This document shows, one piece after another, positions 1 to 8,511 of a stretch of DNA of 64,000 nucleotides. The position numbers were made by a program, and so were the translations under genes. Positions within the stretch are counted from its first letter, which is position 1; each line of letters opens with the position of its first letter. Below the pieces are notes generated by a model. The model searched no databases. It had not been told where the DNA came from and saw only the letters and a list, made by a program, of their open reading frames with translations. Source of the stretch: Rickettsia typhi (GTDB taxonomy: Bacteria; Pseudomonadota; Alphaproteobacteria; Rickettsiales; UBA1997); the NCBI GenBank assembly GCA_945901265.1, contig CAMDJZ010000002.1:12947-76946 (forward strand), written 5' to 3'.

Positions 1-270
1 ATGAATTTTACCTGAAAAATTTAATTAATGAAAATAAAATTGAATTTTGTTTAGTAAAGCAAATTTAATTTTATCTGTGCATCAACTTGTAAGCTGTTAA
101 AATCATTTATAAATTCTAATTTAATATTAATCTAATTATCAATTAAATATATTAATCAATAATTATAAAAACAAATAAATTCTAAGAAAAAATAAAACTT
201 TAAAATTTTATTGCAAGTAACTTATGTTTTTTAATTAACCAATAGCTAATTGAAAAATTGAATTTTATGG

Positions 271-780
271 CTATGACAATTTACTCTTAATGATATGTCG
301 TCCAAGGTTTGCAAGGCTTAAAGCAAGATCTTTATCGTTAAAATCTAATAATTTATTTTGTAAAAAATCTTCTTTTGATGTTGGTAAAATAATTTTCTCA
401 TCATCAATATTTTTTATATTTTGAGGTTGCTGTTTGATAATAATTTTATTAATAGCTTTAAAGCCGTAAAGACTGGCGATAGTTTCTAAAATTAATTCGC
501 AATTATTTTCAATAAAAAATGCAATTGCTGAGTTATAGGCAATAATAGTAAGCTTAGCACTTTTATGATCTTTACTAAAACTAACCATTTTTGGAGTGCA
601 AAATTTAGCGTATTTTTTGCCAATAATTTGGGACCAATTTTTAACTAAATTATTTATCAAAATAAATTCTTTTTTTGAGCCACTAAAAAGCGGTTGCAAA
701 ACAAGGTTAAGATTTTCTTCGATCGATCTAGGGAAGGTACTTCTTCTATTAAATTGGGAATTATTAACAGTTTTTTTCAT
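271..780 (-). CDS. DUF721 / DciA-like protein
   Basis: 169-aa ORF. The block 'LVKNWSQIIGKKYAKFCTPKMVSFSKDHKSAKLTIIAYNSAIAFFIENNCELILETI' matches the DUF721 pattern as I remember it (W..ivG...a.h..p....g.L.v.v.s...a.el). Confidence 0.5.
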   Translation of the reverse strand: MKKTVNNSQFNRRSTFPRSIEENLNLVLQPLFSGSKKEFILINNLVKNWSQIIGKKYAKFCTPKMVSFSKDHKSAKLTIIAYNSAIAFFIENNCELILETIASLYGFKAINKIIIKQQPQNIKNIDDEKIILPTSKEDFLQNKLLDFNDKDLALSLANLGRHIIKSKLS

Positions 781-850
781 TTTCTTTTTTATTTTTTTGA
801 ATTATAACATTAGGAATATTTTCATGCTTTGCAATATTTAACTTTTTTAA

Positions 851-1849
851 ATGTTTAAAACTCCGTCTTTTTGGCGAAAGCCAAATCTTTTAGCCCTTGC
901 ACTTTCGCCATTTTGCGTTATTTACTTATCAATTTTTTTTCTGCTAAAATTTTTTGTTAAGCCTAAGGCTGTAAATTCTAAAGTAATTTGTGTTGGCAAT
1001 TTTACTGCTGGAGGGCAGGGTAAAACCCCATGCGCGTTGGCTATTGGGTTAATATGCGATGAATTAAAAATTAAATATGCCTTCTTGAGTCGAGGTTATG
1101 GTGTAAAATTTAACGAAGAATTGCGTAAAGTTAATGCAAATAACTCGGCTAGCGAATTTGGTGATGAGCCAATATTACTGAGTAGACAAGCCCCAACTTT
1201 TATTGCTAAAAATCGTTATCAAGGTGCAAAAATTTTAAGCGAAAATAATAATTTCCAACTTTTAATTCTTGATGATGGGTTGCAAAATAATAGTTTAAAA
1301 AAAGATTTAAAAATCGCGGTAATTGATGAGAAAATAATGTTTGGCAATAATTTAGTATTGCCTGCTGGACCACTGCGTGAGCCAGTTTGCTTCGGTTTAA
1401 AAAATGTTGATTTGATAATTTACATTGCTAAAAAAGATAGTGAATTACCTAATTTTTTAAAAAATAAAAAATTAATTCGCGCTGAAACTGAAGTTTTAAA
1501 TTTTAAAAATTTTAGCAATAAAAAAATTATTGCCTTTTGTGGAATCGCTTATCCGCAGAAATTTTTTTCTACTTTACAAGATTGTAATTTAGATATTATT
1601 CAAACAATTGTCTTCGCAGATCACCATGCTTATTCTCAAAGAGATCTAGAGGAATTGGCGCAAAAACTGTCAAAAGCTAAAGAAAATCAAAGTGAAAAAG
1701 ACTTTGAAGTTATTTTGCTAACTACTAAAAAAGATTGGGTAAAATTTTCTTTAGAATGGCAAAGTAAAATTCCTTATCTTGATATTGCCATAAAATTTAA
1801 TGATGAAAATTTACTTAAATTTGAACTTAAAAAATTACTAAAATGTTAA
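851..1849 (+). CDS. lpxK: tetraacyldisaccharide 4'-kinase
   Basis: 332 aa with an N-terminal hydrophobic helix, the P-loop 'GNFTAGGQGKTP' and 'LILDDGLQ'. It overlaps the next lipid A gene by 7 nt. Confidence 0.85.
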   Translation: MFKTPSFWRKPNLLALALSPFCVIYLSIFFLLKFFVKPKAVNSKVICVGNFTAGGQGKTPCALAIGLICDELKIKYAFLSRGYGVKFNEELRKVNANNSASEFGDEPILLSRQAPTFIAKNRYQGAKILSENNNFQLLILDDGLQNNSLKKDLKIAVIDEKIMFGNNLVLPAGPLREPVCFGLKNVDLIIYIAKKDSELPNFLKNKKLIRAETEVLNFKNFSNKKIIAFCGIAYPQKFFSTLQDCNLDIIQTIVFADHHAYSQRDLEELAQKLSKAKENQSEKDFEVILLTTKKDWVKFSLEWQSKIPYLDIAIKFNDENLLKFELKKLLKC

Positions 1850-2730
1850 CTAAATTTTTAAATAATTCTCGATATATTCTTGAAAGCTTATGCGTAAAAT
1901 TTGGGCTATGGTTTTTTGCTCAATTAAGCTTTGCATCAGCTTCGAGTCTAGCAGGAAGAATTGCGGTATTTGTTGGAAAAAAAATCAAAGTTAACCTTTT
2001 AGCAAAAAATAATCTTGCTTTGGCATTGCCAGAATTAGATGAAAAAAAACGGGCAAAAATTATTGATGAAATGTGGGATAATCTCGGGCGAATTGTCGGC
2101 GAGTTCGTTCATATTTGCAAAAAAACTCCTGAAGAAATTTTACAAATTGTTGATATTGATCCGGCCAGTAAAATCAATCTTCAAAATCTCAAGAAAAAAA
2201 ATAAAGGAGCGATAATTTTCTCGGCTCATATTGGCAATTGGGAAATCGGACCAAAAATTTTATTGGCTTTAGGTTTTAAAGTAAATGTGGTTTATCGTCC
2301 ATTAAATAATCCTTATGTTGAGAAGATGACTGCAAAAATTCGCGCCGGAAATTTGATAGAGAAGGGAAATAATGGTAGTCGCAAAATAATCGAAGCCTTA
2401 AAAAATAATGAATTGGTAATGATTCTTGCTGATCAAAAAATTAGCGAAGGTAAAAAAGTTAAATTTTTTCACGATGAAGCAATTACCACTACCTCAATAG
2501 CTCGTCTTGCATTAAAATATAATGTTGATTTAATTCCAGCAAGAGTAATTCGTTTTAATAATCAAAGTAATTTTTTGGCAGAAATAGAAAAACCACTTAC
2601 CATAAAAAAAACATTGAATCTAAATGAAGATATCCTAGCTTTGACTTTAACGATTAATCAAAATATTGAGAAATGGATTAGACACTCCCCATCTCAATGG
2701 TTTTGGGTTCATAATCGATGGAAAAAATAA
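1843..2730 (+). CDS. lpxL: lipid A biosynthesis lauroyl/late acyltransferase (HtrB/LpxL family)
   Basis: 295 aa with an N-terminal anchor, the 'SAHIGNWE' acyltransferase motif, 'ILADQK', and a C-terminal 'QWFWVHNRWK' typical of the family. Confidence 0.75.
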   Translation: MLTKFLNNSRYILESLCVKFGLWFFAQLSFASASSLAGRIAVFVGKKIKVNLLAKNNLALALPELDEKKRAKIIDEMWDNLGRIVGEFVHICKKTPEEILQIVDIDPASKINLQNLKKKNKGAIIFSAHIGNWEIGPKILLALGFKVNVVYRPLNNPYVEKMTAKIRAGNLIEKGNNGSRKIIEALKNNELVMILADQKISEGKKVKFFHDEAITTTSIARLALKYNVDLIPARVIRFNNQSNFLAEIEKPLTIKKTLNLNEDILALTLTINQNIEKWIRHSPSQWFWVHNRWKK

Positions 2731-2739
2731 ACTTAATTT

Positions 2740-3276
2740 ATGAAAATAAACTTTTTTTACTTACTGATTTTATCTATATTTTTAAATTCATGTTCTTATT
2801 TTAATTCAAAAGATTCGGAATTAAAAATTGCTAGCAATCCCTCGGGAGCTCTAATTATAGTTGAGGGAAGAGTAATGGGGAGAACGCCAACGATAGTAAA
2901 TTTACCTCCCAAGAAATATATGGTCAACTTGCAAAAAGAAGGTTTTGGCTCGGCAGTATTTGAAACGGATGTTTGGGCTGCAATTAAAACTAAAGCAGAT
3001 GGATCGATAAACCCAGATGGCTATAGATGCTTACTTGACTCATTAAATCCATTTTTATTCTTTAATGTTTTCTTGAAAAATTGTCGCGATTTTAAGAAAA
3101 AAACATTCGAAATTAATATCGTTCAAGAGCAAAATCTTGGAATTATGAATAATAATCAAATGAATAATTCAATGATTGGCATTGGAAATGCTCCGCAAAA
3201 TATGATTTATTATAACTACAACCCCAATCAACAATATCATGGGGTAAATCAAAATATGCAATCTCCTGCAAATTAA
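2740..3276 (+). CDS. PEGA-domain lipoprotein with N/Q-rich tail
   Basis: Signal peptide with lipobox-like 'FLNSC'. 'PSGALIIVEGRVMGRTPTIVNLPPKKYMVNLQKEGF' looks like a PEGA domain. The C-terminus is N/Q-rich and low complexity. Confidence 0.55.
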   Translation: MKINFFYLLILSIFLNSCSYFNSKDSELKIASNPSGALIIVEGRVMGRTPTIVNLPPKKYMVNLQKEGFGSAVFETDVWAAIKTKADGSINPDGYRCLLDSLNPFLFFNVFLKNCRDFKKKTFEINIVQEQNLGIMNNNQMNNSMIGIGNAPQNMIYYNYNPNQQYHGVNQNMQSPAN

Positions 3277-3324
3277 ATTACTTAATTAAGTTTTTTATTT
3301 TTTAACAAGAATTATTTGATATTG

Positions 3325-4412
3325 TTAAAGCCTACTCATATCCAATACAAATCTATAACGAACATCACTTTTTAACATTCTTTGGTAAGCTTGATCAATA
3401 TAGCTTGGTGAGATAACTTCAATTTCAGGGGTAATGTTATGCTTGCCACAAAAATCAAGCATTTCTTGTGTTTGTGAAATTGAACCAATAACCGATCCAG
3501 CAAATTTTCGACGCATCATTATCAAGGGGAAAGGATTGATGGAGTAAGGTTTATCAGGTGCACCAATTGCAACAAGCGTGGCATCAAATTTCAGTAAATT
3601 AAAATATTCAGTAAGATTTATTTCTGCCGATGAAACTGTATTAATAATCAAATCAAAATGACTTTGATATTTTACAAAATTCTCAGCATTGGCAATTATA
3701 AAATCACTAGCACCAATTTTTAGAGCATCAGCTTTTTTACGATCAGAATGGCTAATAACCACAACTTCTGATTCCATTGCCACCGCTAATTTCAAGCCCA
3801 TATGACCCAATCCACCCATGCCAATAATTGCAATTTTTTTATTTTTTCCAGCATGCCAATTTTTTAATGGTGAGTAAAGAGTAATTCCTGCACATAGTAA
3901 TGGCGCTGCTTTATCGAGCGCAATATTGTTGGGAATTTTTAAAACATAATTCTCATCAACAACAATTACATCGCTATATCCACCGTAAGTTGGTGTTTTG
4001 TTATCGCGCTCAACGCCGTTATAAGTTGGGGTGTGACCCTGTAAGCAATAATTATCTAAGTGATTATGACAATTATCGCAATTTCGACAGGAGTCAATGA
4101 AGCAGCCAACGCCAACACGATCGCCAATTTTATATTTTGTAACATTTACGCCAATTTCGCGAACTACTCCAGCAATTTCATGACCCGGAACCATTGGGTA
4201 AATTCCAGGAAACCATTCTGATCTTGCTTGATGAATATCGGAATGACAAATTCCACAAAATTTTATATCAATTACGACATCATTTTCACCAGCTTTTTTG
4301 CGATTAAAATTAAATGGAGAAAAATTTGATTTAGCTGATTTAACAGCGATTCCTTTGGCAGGAATGGTTTGAGAATTGTTGGCTGAGTTAATTTTTTATT
4401 TTCTTGAGTCAT
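3325..4412 (-). pseudogene. Zn-dependent NADP alcohol dehydrogenase (YahK/cinnamyl-ADH-like), N-terminal frameshift in an A6 tract
   Basis: The track ORF (3325..4194) starts at 'MVPGHEIAG'. The same frame stays open up to 4395 and encodes 'KGIAVKSAKSNFSPFNFNRKKAGENDVVIDIKFCGICHSDIHQARSEWFPGIYP', which carries the catalytic Zn Cys/His. That stretch contains no ATG/GTG/TTG. The only ATG (4412..4410) lies in another frame. One extra A in the A6 run (4392..4397) would fuse them into a 362-aa ADH. The structural Zn motif 'CRNCDNCHNHLDNYC' and 'GMGGLGH' are intact. Confidence 0.6.
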
Positions 4413-4601
4413 AATTTTTTATGTAAATTTTAGTTGGCTTTTAAAATAAAGTTCAAGGAAAAAATTAATTATTTTTATAAGATTAAATAAACCGAAATAT
4501 CGTTTTAAAATGAATTAAATGAAAAAATATGATTCATATTTTATATAAAATTTTATTTAATAAAGAAATAATTTAATAATTTTTAACATAATCTTTAACA
4601 C

Positions 4602-5570
4602 ATGACAAAAAATAATAATAAATCAGGTGGCGATGCTTTTGGTTTTCTTGAAGCTTTGTTCGGGGCTTGCATGGGAGAAGATAGGAAGGAAAGTAAGAAA
4701 GCGCCTGGTCTTAGTAAAGCATTTACAAATTTTAGTAAGGTAATGATTCCCGACCAAAAAGAAGTAACAGTATTTAAACAAGATCTTCAACAGTTGCGAG
4801 AATCAAGATTATACGCAGATCCGGATAAAGGCATTGCATCTCAAATCTCTAAATTTAGTGAAGATATTTCGGGGCAACGTCCCCCTGGTTTTTTGGAAAA
4901 GTTGCTTGGGTTTTTAACAGACCCAGTCTCACCATATGCACGTCCTCTTGATGAAAAAAACAGATCTAGAACAATAACTAGCTTAAATGACTATAGTGAT
5001 TCCTCAGGTGAAAATTATTTCTCATCAAAGGCAAAAGAGATTGCAAAAAATTTAGGTTTACGAGATGAGGATGGTGGCCCATATAAATTTGCATCTTTGG
5101 CTGGAGCAGCAAATGAAGCTGGTTTAAAAAAAGAAGAATTAATAACAATAGCTAATGGTTTGGAAAGACAAACAACAGCTAATGTTAAAAATACCCTACA
5201 ACCCCATCAAACTCGAAGAGATAGAACTCAATCAACAGATAGAACTCAATCTCTAAGAGATGGAACTCAATTCGGTAGTTTTGGTAAACAAAGTTCTAGT
5301 AATCAAATCAGCCAAATCCCTGGATTAGATGGCGTTGTTAAGTCACTGCAAGGTAATTCTTCTTCTCCTTCGAGAAGTAATTCTCTTTCTCCTACTCCTT
5401 CGAGAAGTAATCCTCCTTCTCCTTCGAGAAGTAATTCTCTTACTCCTTCGCAAGGAAGTTCTTTTTCTAAAGATGACCTCCGACCGTCAGGGAATAATAA
5501 ATCCCTTAGACCTACATCCCAACCAAGGGGGGGTAGTTCCAGCAAAGCTCCAGCAGGAGGGGGACGTTAA
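4602..5570 (+). CDS. hypothetical disordered repeat protein (effector-like)
   Basis: 322-aa ORF with no recognisable domain. The C-terminal third is S/P/R/G-rich with in-frame tandem repeats (PSRSNSLSP x3; DRTQS x2-3). The 3' half is visibly GC-richer than its surroundings. Confidence 0.6.
   Translation: MTKNNNKSGGDAFGFLEALFGACMGEDRKESKKAPGLSKAFTNFSKVMIPDQKEVTVFKQDLQQLRESRLYADPDKGIASQISKFSEDISGQRPPGFLEKLLGFLTDPVSPYARPLDEKNRSRTITSLNDYSDSSGENYFSSKAKEIAKNLGLRDEDGGPYKFASLAGAANEAGLKKEELITIANGLERQTTANVKNTLQPHQTRRDRTQSTDRTQSLRDGTQFGSFGKQSSSNQISQIPGLDGVVKSLQGNSSSPSRSNSLSPTPSRSNPPSPSRSNSLTPSQGSSFSKDDLRPSGNNKSLRPTSQPRGGSSSKAPAGGGR
5217..5273 (+). repeat. short tandem repeat (core AGATAGAACTCAATC, 2 exact copies + 1 variant)
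   Basis: The core occurs at about 5219, 5237 and 5258 (periods of about 18 and 21 nt) and encodes (R)DRTQS / DGTQF. Confidence 0.7.
5361..5460 (+). repeat. tandem repeat, core CCTTCGAGAAGTAAT x3 plus a degenerate 4th copy
   Basis: Exact cores at 5367, 5397 and 5421 (periods 30 and 24 nt, all multiples of 3), encoding PSRSN(S/P)(L/P)(S/T)P. Confidence 0.8.
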
Positions 5571-6823
5571 GAATTATTAGTAATTTTTAATTCGCGTTGT
5601 GGAAGAGGAATTTTGATATTATTTTCTTCAAGTTTTTTATAGATTAAATTCATAACATCGCTTTTGGCGTTCGATCTTCCTTCAGTGATATCATTGATCC
5701 AGAAATATAAAATAAATTTAATTTCACTCTCGGCAAAATCGGTGATGTAGCATTCAACTTCAGGATAAGTCATGCAGCGAAAATAACCCTTGGCACAAGA
5801 AGAAATTATCGCTTTAGCTTTTTCTAAATCACTGCCATAAGCTACTGAAACTTTGATTTCAATACGTGCACGATTGTTGGAGTATGTCCAATTCGTAACT
5901 TTATTAATAATAAATTCCTCATTGGGAATCATTAATTCTCGACCATCAGTGCATTCAACAAGTGTGTAACGTCCCCCAAAATGTTTTACCGTTCCGTAAA
6001 TCGCCCCATTATCAAGTTCAACGATATCGCCAACTTCAACTGATTTTTCAAAAAGTAAAATTATGCCACTAATAAAATTCGAGGCAATTTTTTGCAAACC
6101 AAATCCAATCCCCACACCAACCGCACCTCCAATCACCGCTAGTGTTGTCATGTCAAAACCAAAAGTTTTGAGAATGATCAGAACAACGATACTATAGATT
6201 AAAATATCAATAAACTTACTGATAATGCTTTTGGTACTTGATTTAATGCTTTTATTGCTATCAATATAAGATTTACTTTTGCGACTAATCAAGCTCGAAA
6301 GCCAAAACACAATTATTAAAACAATGATGGCCTTAATAATCAAATATATCGAAATTCTTACTTTGCCAATTTTAAAAGATAACTCATCAAGGTAGTTAAT
6401 TACTGGATCAAGAATATCAAAAATATCTAAAATAAGTGCAGGCATTAAAAAAAACCCCACAGCATTGGCAATGAAAGTGCTATTTGCAGAAACGCGAATG
6501 AATCTTAAAAATAAAAATAAAGTAATTAATTTAATTGTCGTTGAAAATAAAATTGCTTCGTGAAAGAACTGCTTGTAGGTTACAAATCCAACAACAATAA
6601 AACAAATTGAAATTATTGGAAATAAAATTGGTAAAAAATATCTTTTGAAAACTCTAGTAACATCATTGCTATTATTAGAAAAAGAAGTAATTTTTGGGAT
6701 AATATTTTCTTTGATTAAGCTGTAAAAAAAGTAAGAAGCAATAAAACATAAAGCAAGTGAGAGTGATTGCCAATAAAGGCTTGGACTAGTTAGGGTTTTT
6801 TCAATGCTATCAATAATTTTCAT
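5567..6823 (-). CDS. MscS-family mechanosensitive channel
   Basis: 418 aa with several N-terminal TM helices, then 'GIILLFEKSVEVGDIVELDNGAIYGTVKHFGGRYTLVECTDGRELMIPNEEF', typical of the MscS pore helix and beta domain. Confidence 0.8.
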   Translation of the reverse strand: MKIIDSIEKTLTSPSLYWQSLSLALCFIASYFFYSLIKENIIPKITSFSNNSNDVTRVFKRYFLPILFPIISICFIVVGFVTYKQFFHEAILFSTTIKLITLFLFLRFIRVSANSTFIANAVGFFLMPALILDIFDILDPVINYLDELSFKIGKVRISIYLIIKAIIVLIIVFWLSSLISRKSKSYIDSNKSIKSSTKSIISKFIDILIYSIVVLIILKTFGFDMTTLAVIGGAVGVGIGFGLQKIASNFISGIILLFEKSVEVGDIVELDNGAIYGTVKHFGGRYTLVECTDGRELMIPNEEFIINKVTNWTYSNNRARIEIKVSVAYGSDLEKAKAIISSCAKGYFRCMTYPEVECYITDFAESEIKFILYFWINDITEGRSNAKSDVMNLIYKKLEENNIKIPLPQRELKITNNS

Positions 6824-6906
6824 GATAATATGTTAAGTTTTAGTCAAAGTTAATTTTTAAATTATTTTTCTTAATAAAATTTGCAAGTTTAATTTGTTTT
6901 TTATAA

Positions 6907-8424
6907 TTATTCGCCTTGACCAGAGCTGAAGCCAGGCAGATTGTCAAAGAGATAAAGTCCTTCATATTTTACAAAATCAAAATTATTTTTATTAAGCAAA
7001 TCCAGCATTTCAATAATATCTTGCTTAGAAATTTTTAAGTCAAAATTTATTATATCATGACTATTTGCCCCAGTAATTCCTTTGCCAATAAAACGAAGAA
7101 TAGTTAATCCACGATTATAATTTGGCATCATGTGTTGATCAATTAGAGGGTAAAGTAACAAGCCCATAGAGCTGATCATTTTAATTTCTAATTTTTCACT
7201 TTCGAGAGTTTTAATTTTAGTAATTAAATCCTGGAAATCTTGTTGCCAATCTATAAATAAATCAAAACCAATTAGTGATTTAATTTCATCTTTATTTGAT
7301 AAATTATTAACAATAACTTTTAATGGTTCTTGTTCATTACTATTGGTTTTAGTTATATTTTCACTATTGTTAAAATTGGCTGATTTTAGTGTTTTGGGTT
7401 TATTGCCAAAATTGCCGATTAATTCTTTTGCAAATTCTGCAGTACCAACTAATTTTTTACTAATATTTTCATTAAAAATATCAGCAGTGTGAATTCCTTG
7501 TTCAATTGTGGCATAAAGTGCATTGTGAATTAATTCAGCTTGGCGATTTTGTTTGATGTGGTTAAGCATCATAATTGAAGCTTGAATTAAGCCAGTTGGG
7601 TTGGCGATATTTTTTTCAGCAATGTCAGGAGCTGAACCATGAATCGCTTCAAACATTGCATAGTTATTGCCAATATTTGCCGATCCAGCAAGCCCAACCG
7701 ATCCAGAAACCTCAGCAATAATATCGGAAATAATATCGCCATATAAATTCATAGTAACTATAACATCAAAAATTTCTGGTTTAGTAGCAAGCTTTGCGCA
7801 AGCGATATCGATAATGTAATGATCAGTTTGAATTTGCGGATATTGTTTGGCGATTTCATTAAAAACTTTATGAAATAAGCCATCGGTGAGTTTCATAATA
7901 TTATCTTTTGAAAAACAACTAACTTTTTTGCGATTATTAGCAACTGCGTATTCAAAAGCATAGCGAATAATTTTTTCACAACCTTGACGAGTAATTAATT
8001 TAAGACATTGATAAGTCTGTTGAGTTTGTCGATGTTCAATCCCAGCATATAAATCCTCTTCATTTTCACGAATAACAACTACATCGAGTTTTGGGAAATT
8101 GGTTTTTATGAATGGATACATTGAGTTAACAGGACGAACATTGGCAAATAATCCTAATTTTTTTCGTAAAGTAACATTGAGACTTTTATAACCCCCACCT
8201 TGCGGAGTTGTAATCGGAGCTTTAAGAAGTATTTTGGTATTATTTAATTCCTCCCAAGCAGAAGGAGTTAATCCAGAATTAAATCCTTTTTCATAAATTT
8301 TCTTACCAACTTCAATGGTGTTAAAATTAAGATCAGCTTTTGATTCTTGGAGAATTTTTAGGGTGCTGTCCATGATTTCAGGACCAATGCCATCACCATA
8401 GGCAATTGTAATTGTTTTTGTCAT
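6907..8424 (-). CDS. icd: isocitrate dehydrogenase (NADP), long alphaproteobacterial type
   Basis: Motifs 'AYGDGIGPEIM', 'SLNVTLRKKLGLFANVRP', 'NLYGDIISD' and 'HGSAPDIA'. There is a ~140-aa C-terminal extension, as in Rickettsia-type Icd. Confidence 0.9.
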   Translation of the reverse strand: MTKTITIAYGDGIGPEIMDSTLKILQESKADLNFNTIEVGKKIYEKGFNSGLTPSAWEELNNTKILLKAPITTPQGGGYKSLNVTLRKKLGLFANVRPVNSMYPFIKTNFPKLDVVVIRENEEDLYAGIEHRQTQQTYQCLKLITRQGCEKIIRYAFEYAVANNRKKVSCFSKDNIMKLTDGLFHKVFNEIAKQYPQIQTDHYIIDIACAKLATKPEIFDVIVTMNLYGDIISDIIAEVSGSVGLAGSANIGNNYAMFEAIHGSAPDIAEKNIANPTGLIQASIMMLNHIKQNRQAELIHNALYATIEQGIHTADIFNENISKKLVGTAEFAKELIGNFGNKPKTLKSANFNNSENITKTNSNEQEPLKVIVNNLSNKDEIKSLIGFDLFIDWQQDFQDLITKIKTLESEKLEIKMISSMGLLLYPLIDQHMMPNYNRGLTILRFIGKGITGANSHDIINFDLKISKQDIIEMLDLLNKNNFDFVKYEGLYLFDNLPGFSSGQGE

Positions 8425-8511
8425 TTTGATTTTTATAATTAAAAAGATTAATAAAAATTAACTAGTGATTTTAAAAAAACCTAATTAAGTTTCAATCTTT
8501 AATTTCTAGCA

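Noticed and set aside
4390-4412. Programmed -1 ribosomal frameshift at the A-rich run of the ADH gene.
   Set aside because: There is no canonical X XXY YYZ heptamer in the upstream frame and no downstream stimulatory structure. An indel or assembly error in the homopolymer is the simpler explanation.
5567-5570. Convergent genes sharing a palindromic TTAA stop overlap here, and a zero-nt convergent junction at 26227..26232 (sdhE / SPOR gene).
   Set aside because: These are real but expected consequences of genome compaction, with no specific function implied. The overlap is mentioned only as context for the repeat protein.
5303-5580. Two extra long ORFs over the repeat region (5303..5545 minus; 5329..5580 plus, 'LLLLREVIL' repeats).
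   Set aside because: They are alternative-frame read-outs of the same stop-poor, GC-richer tandem repeat. They are periodic, low complexity, and fully nested in the better supported 4602..5570 frame.
6907-7330. The ~140-aa C-terminal extension of Icd as a possible gene fusion.
   Set aside because: A long C-terminal domain is characteristic of the alphaproteobacterial/Rickettsia-type isocitrate dehydrogenase (about 480-500 aa).
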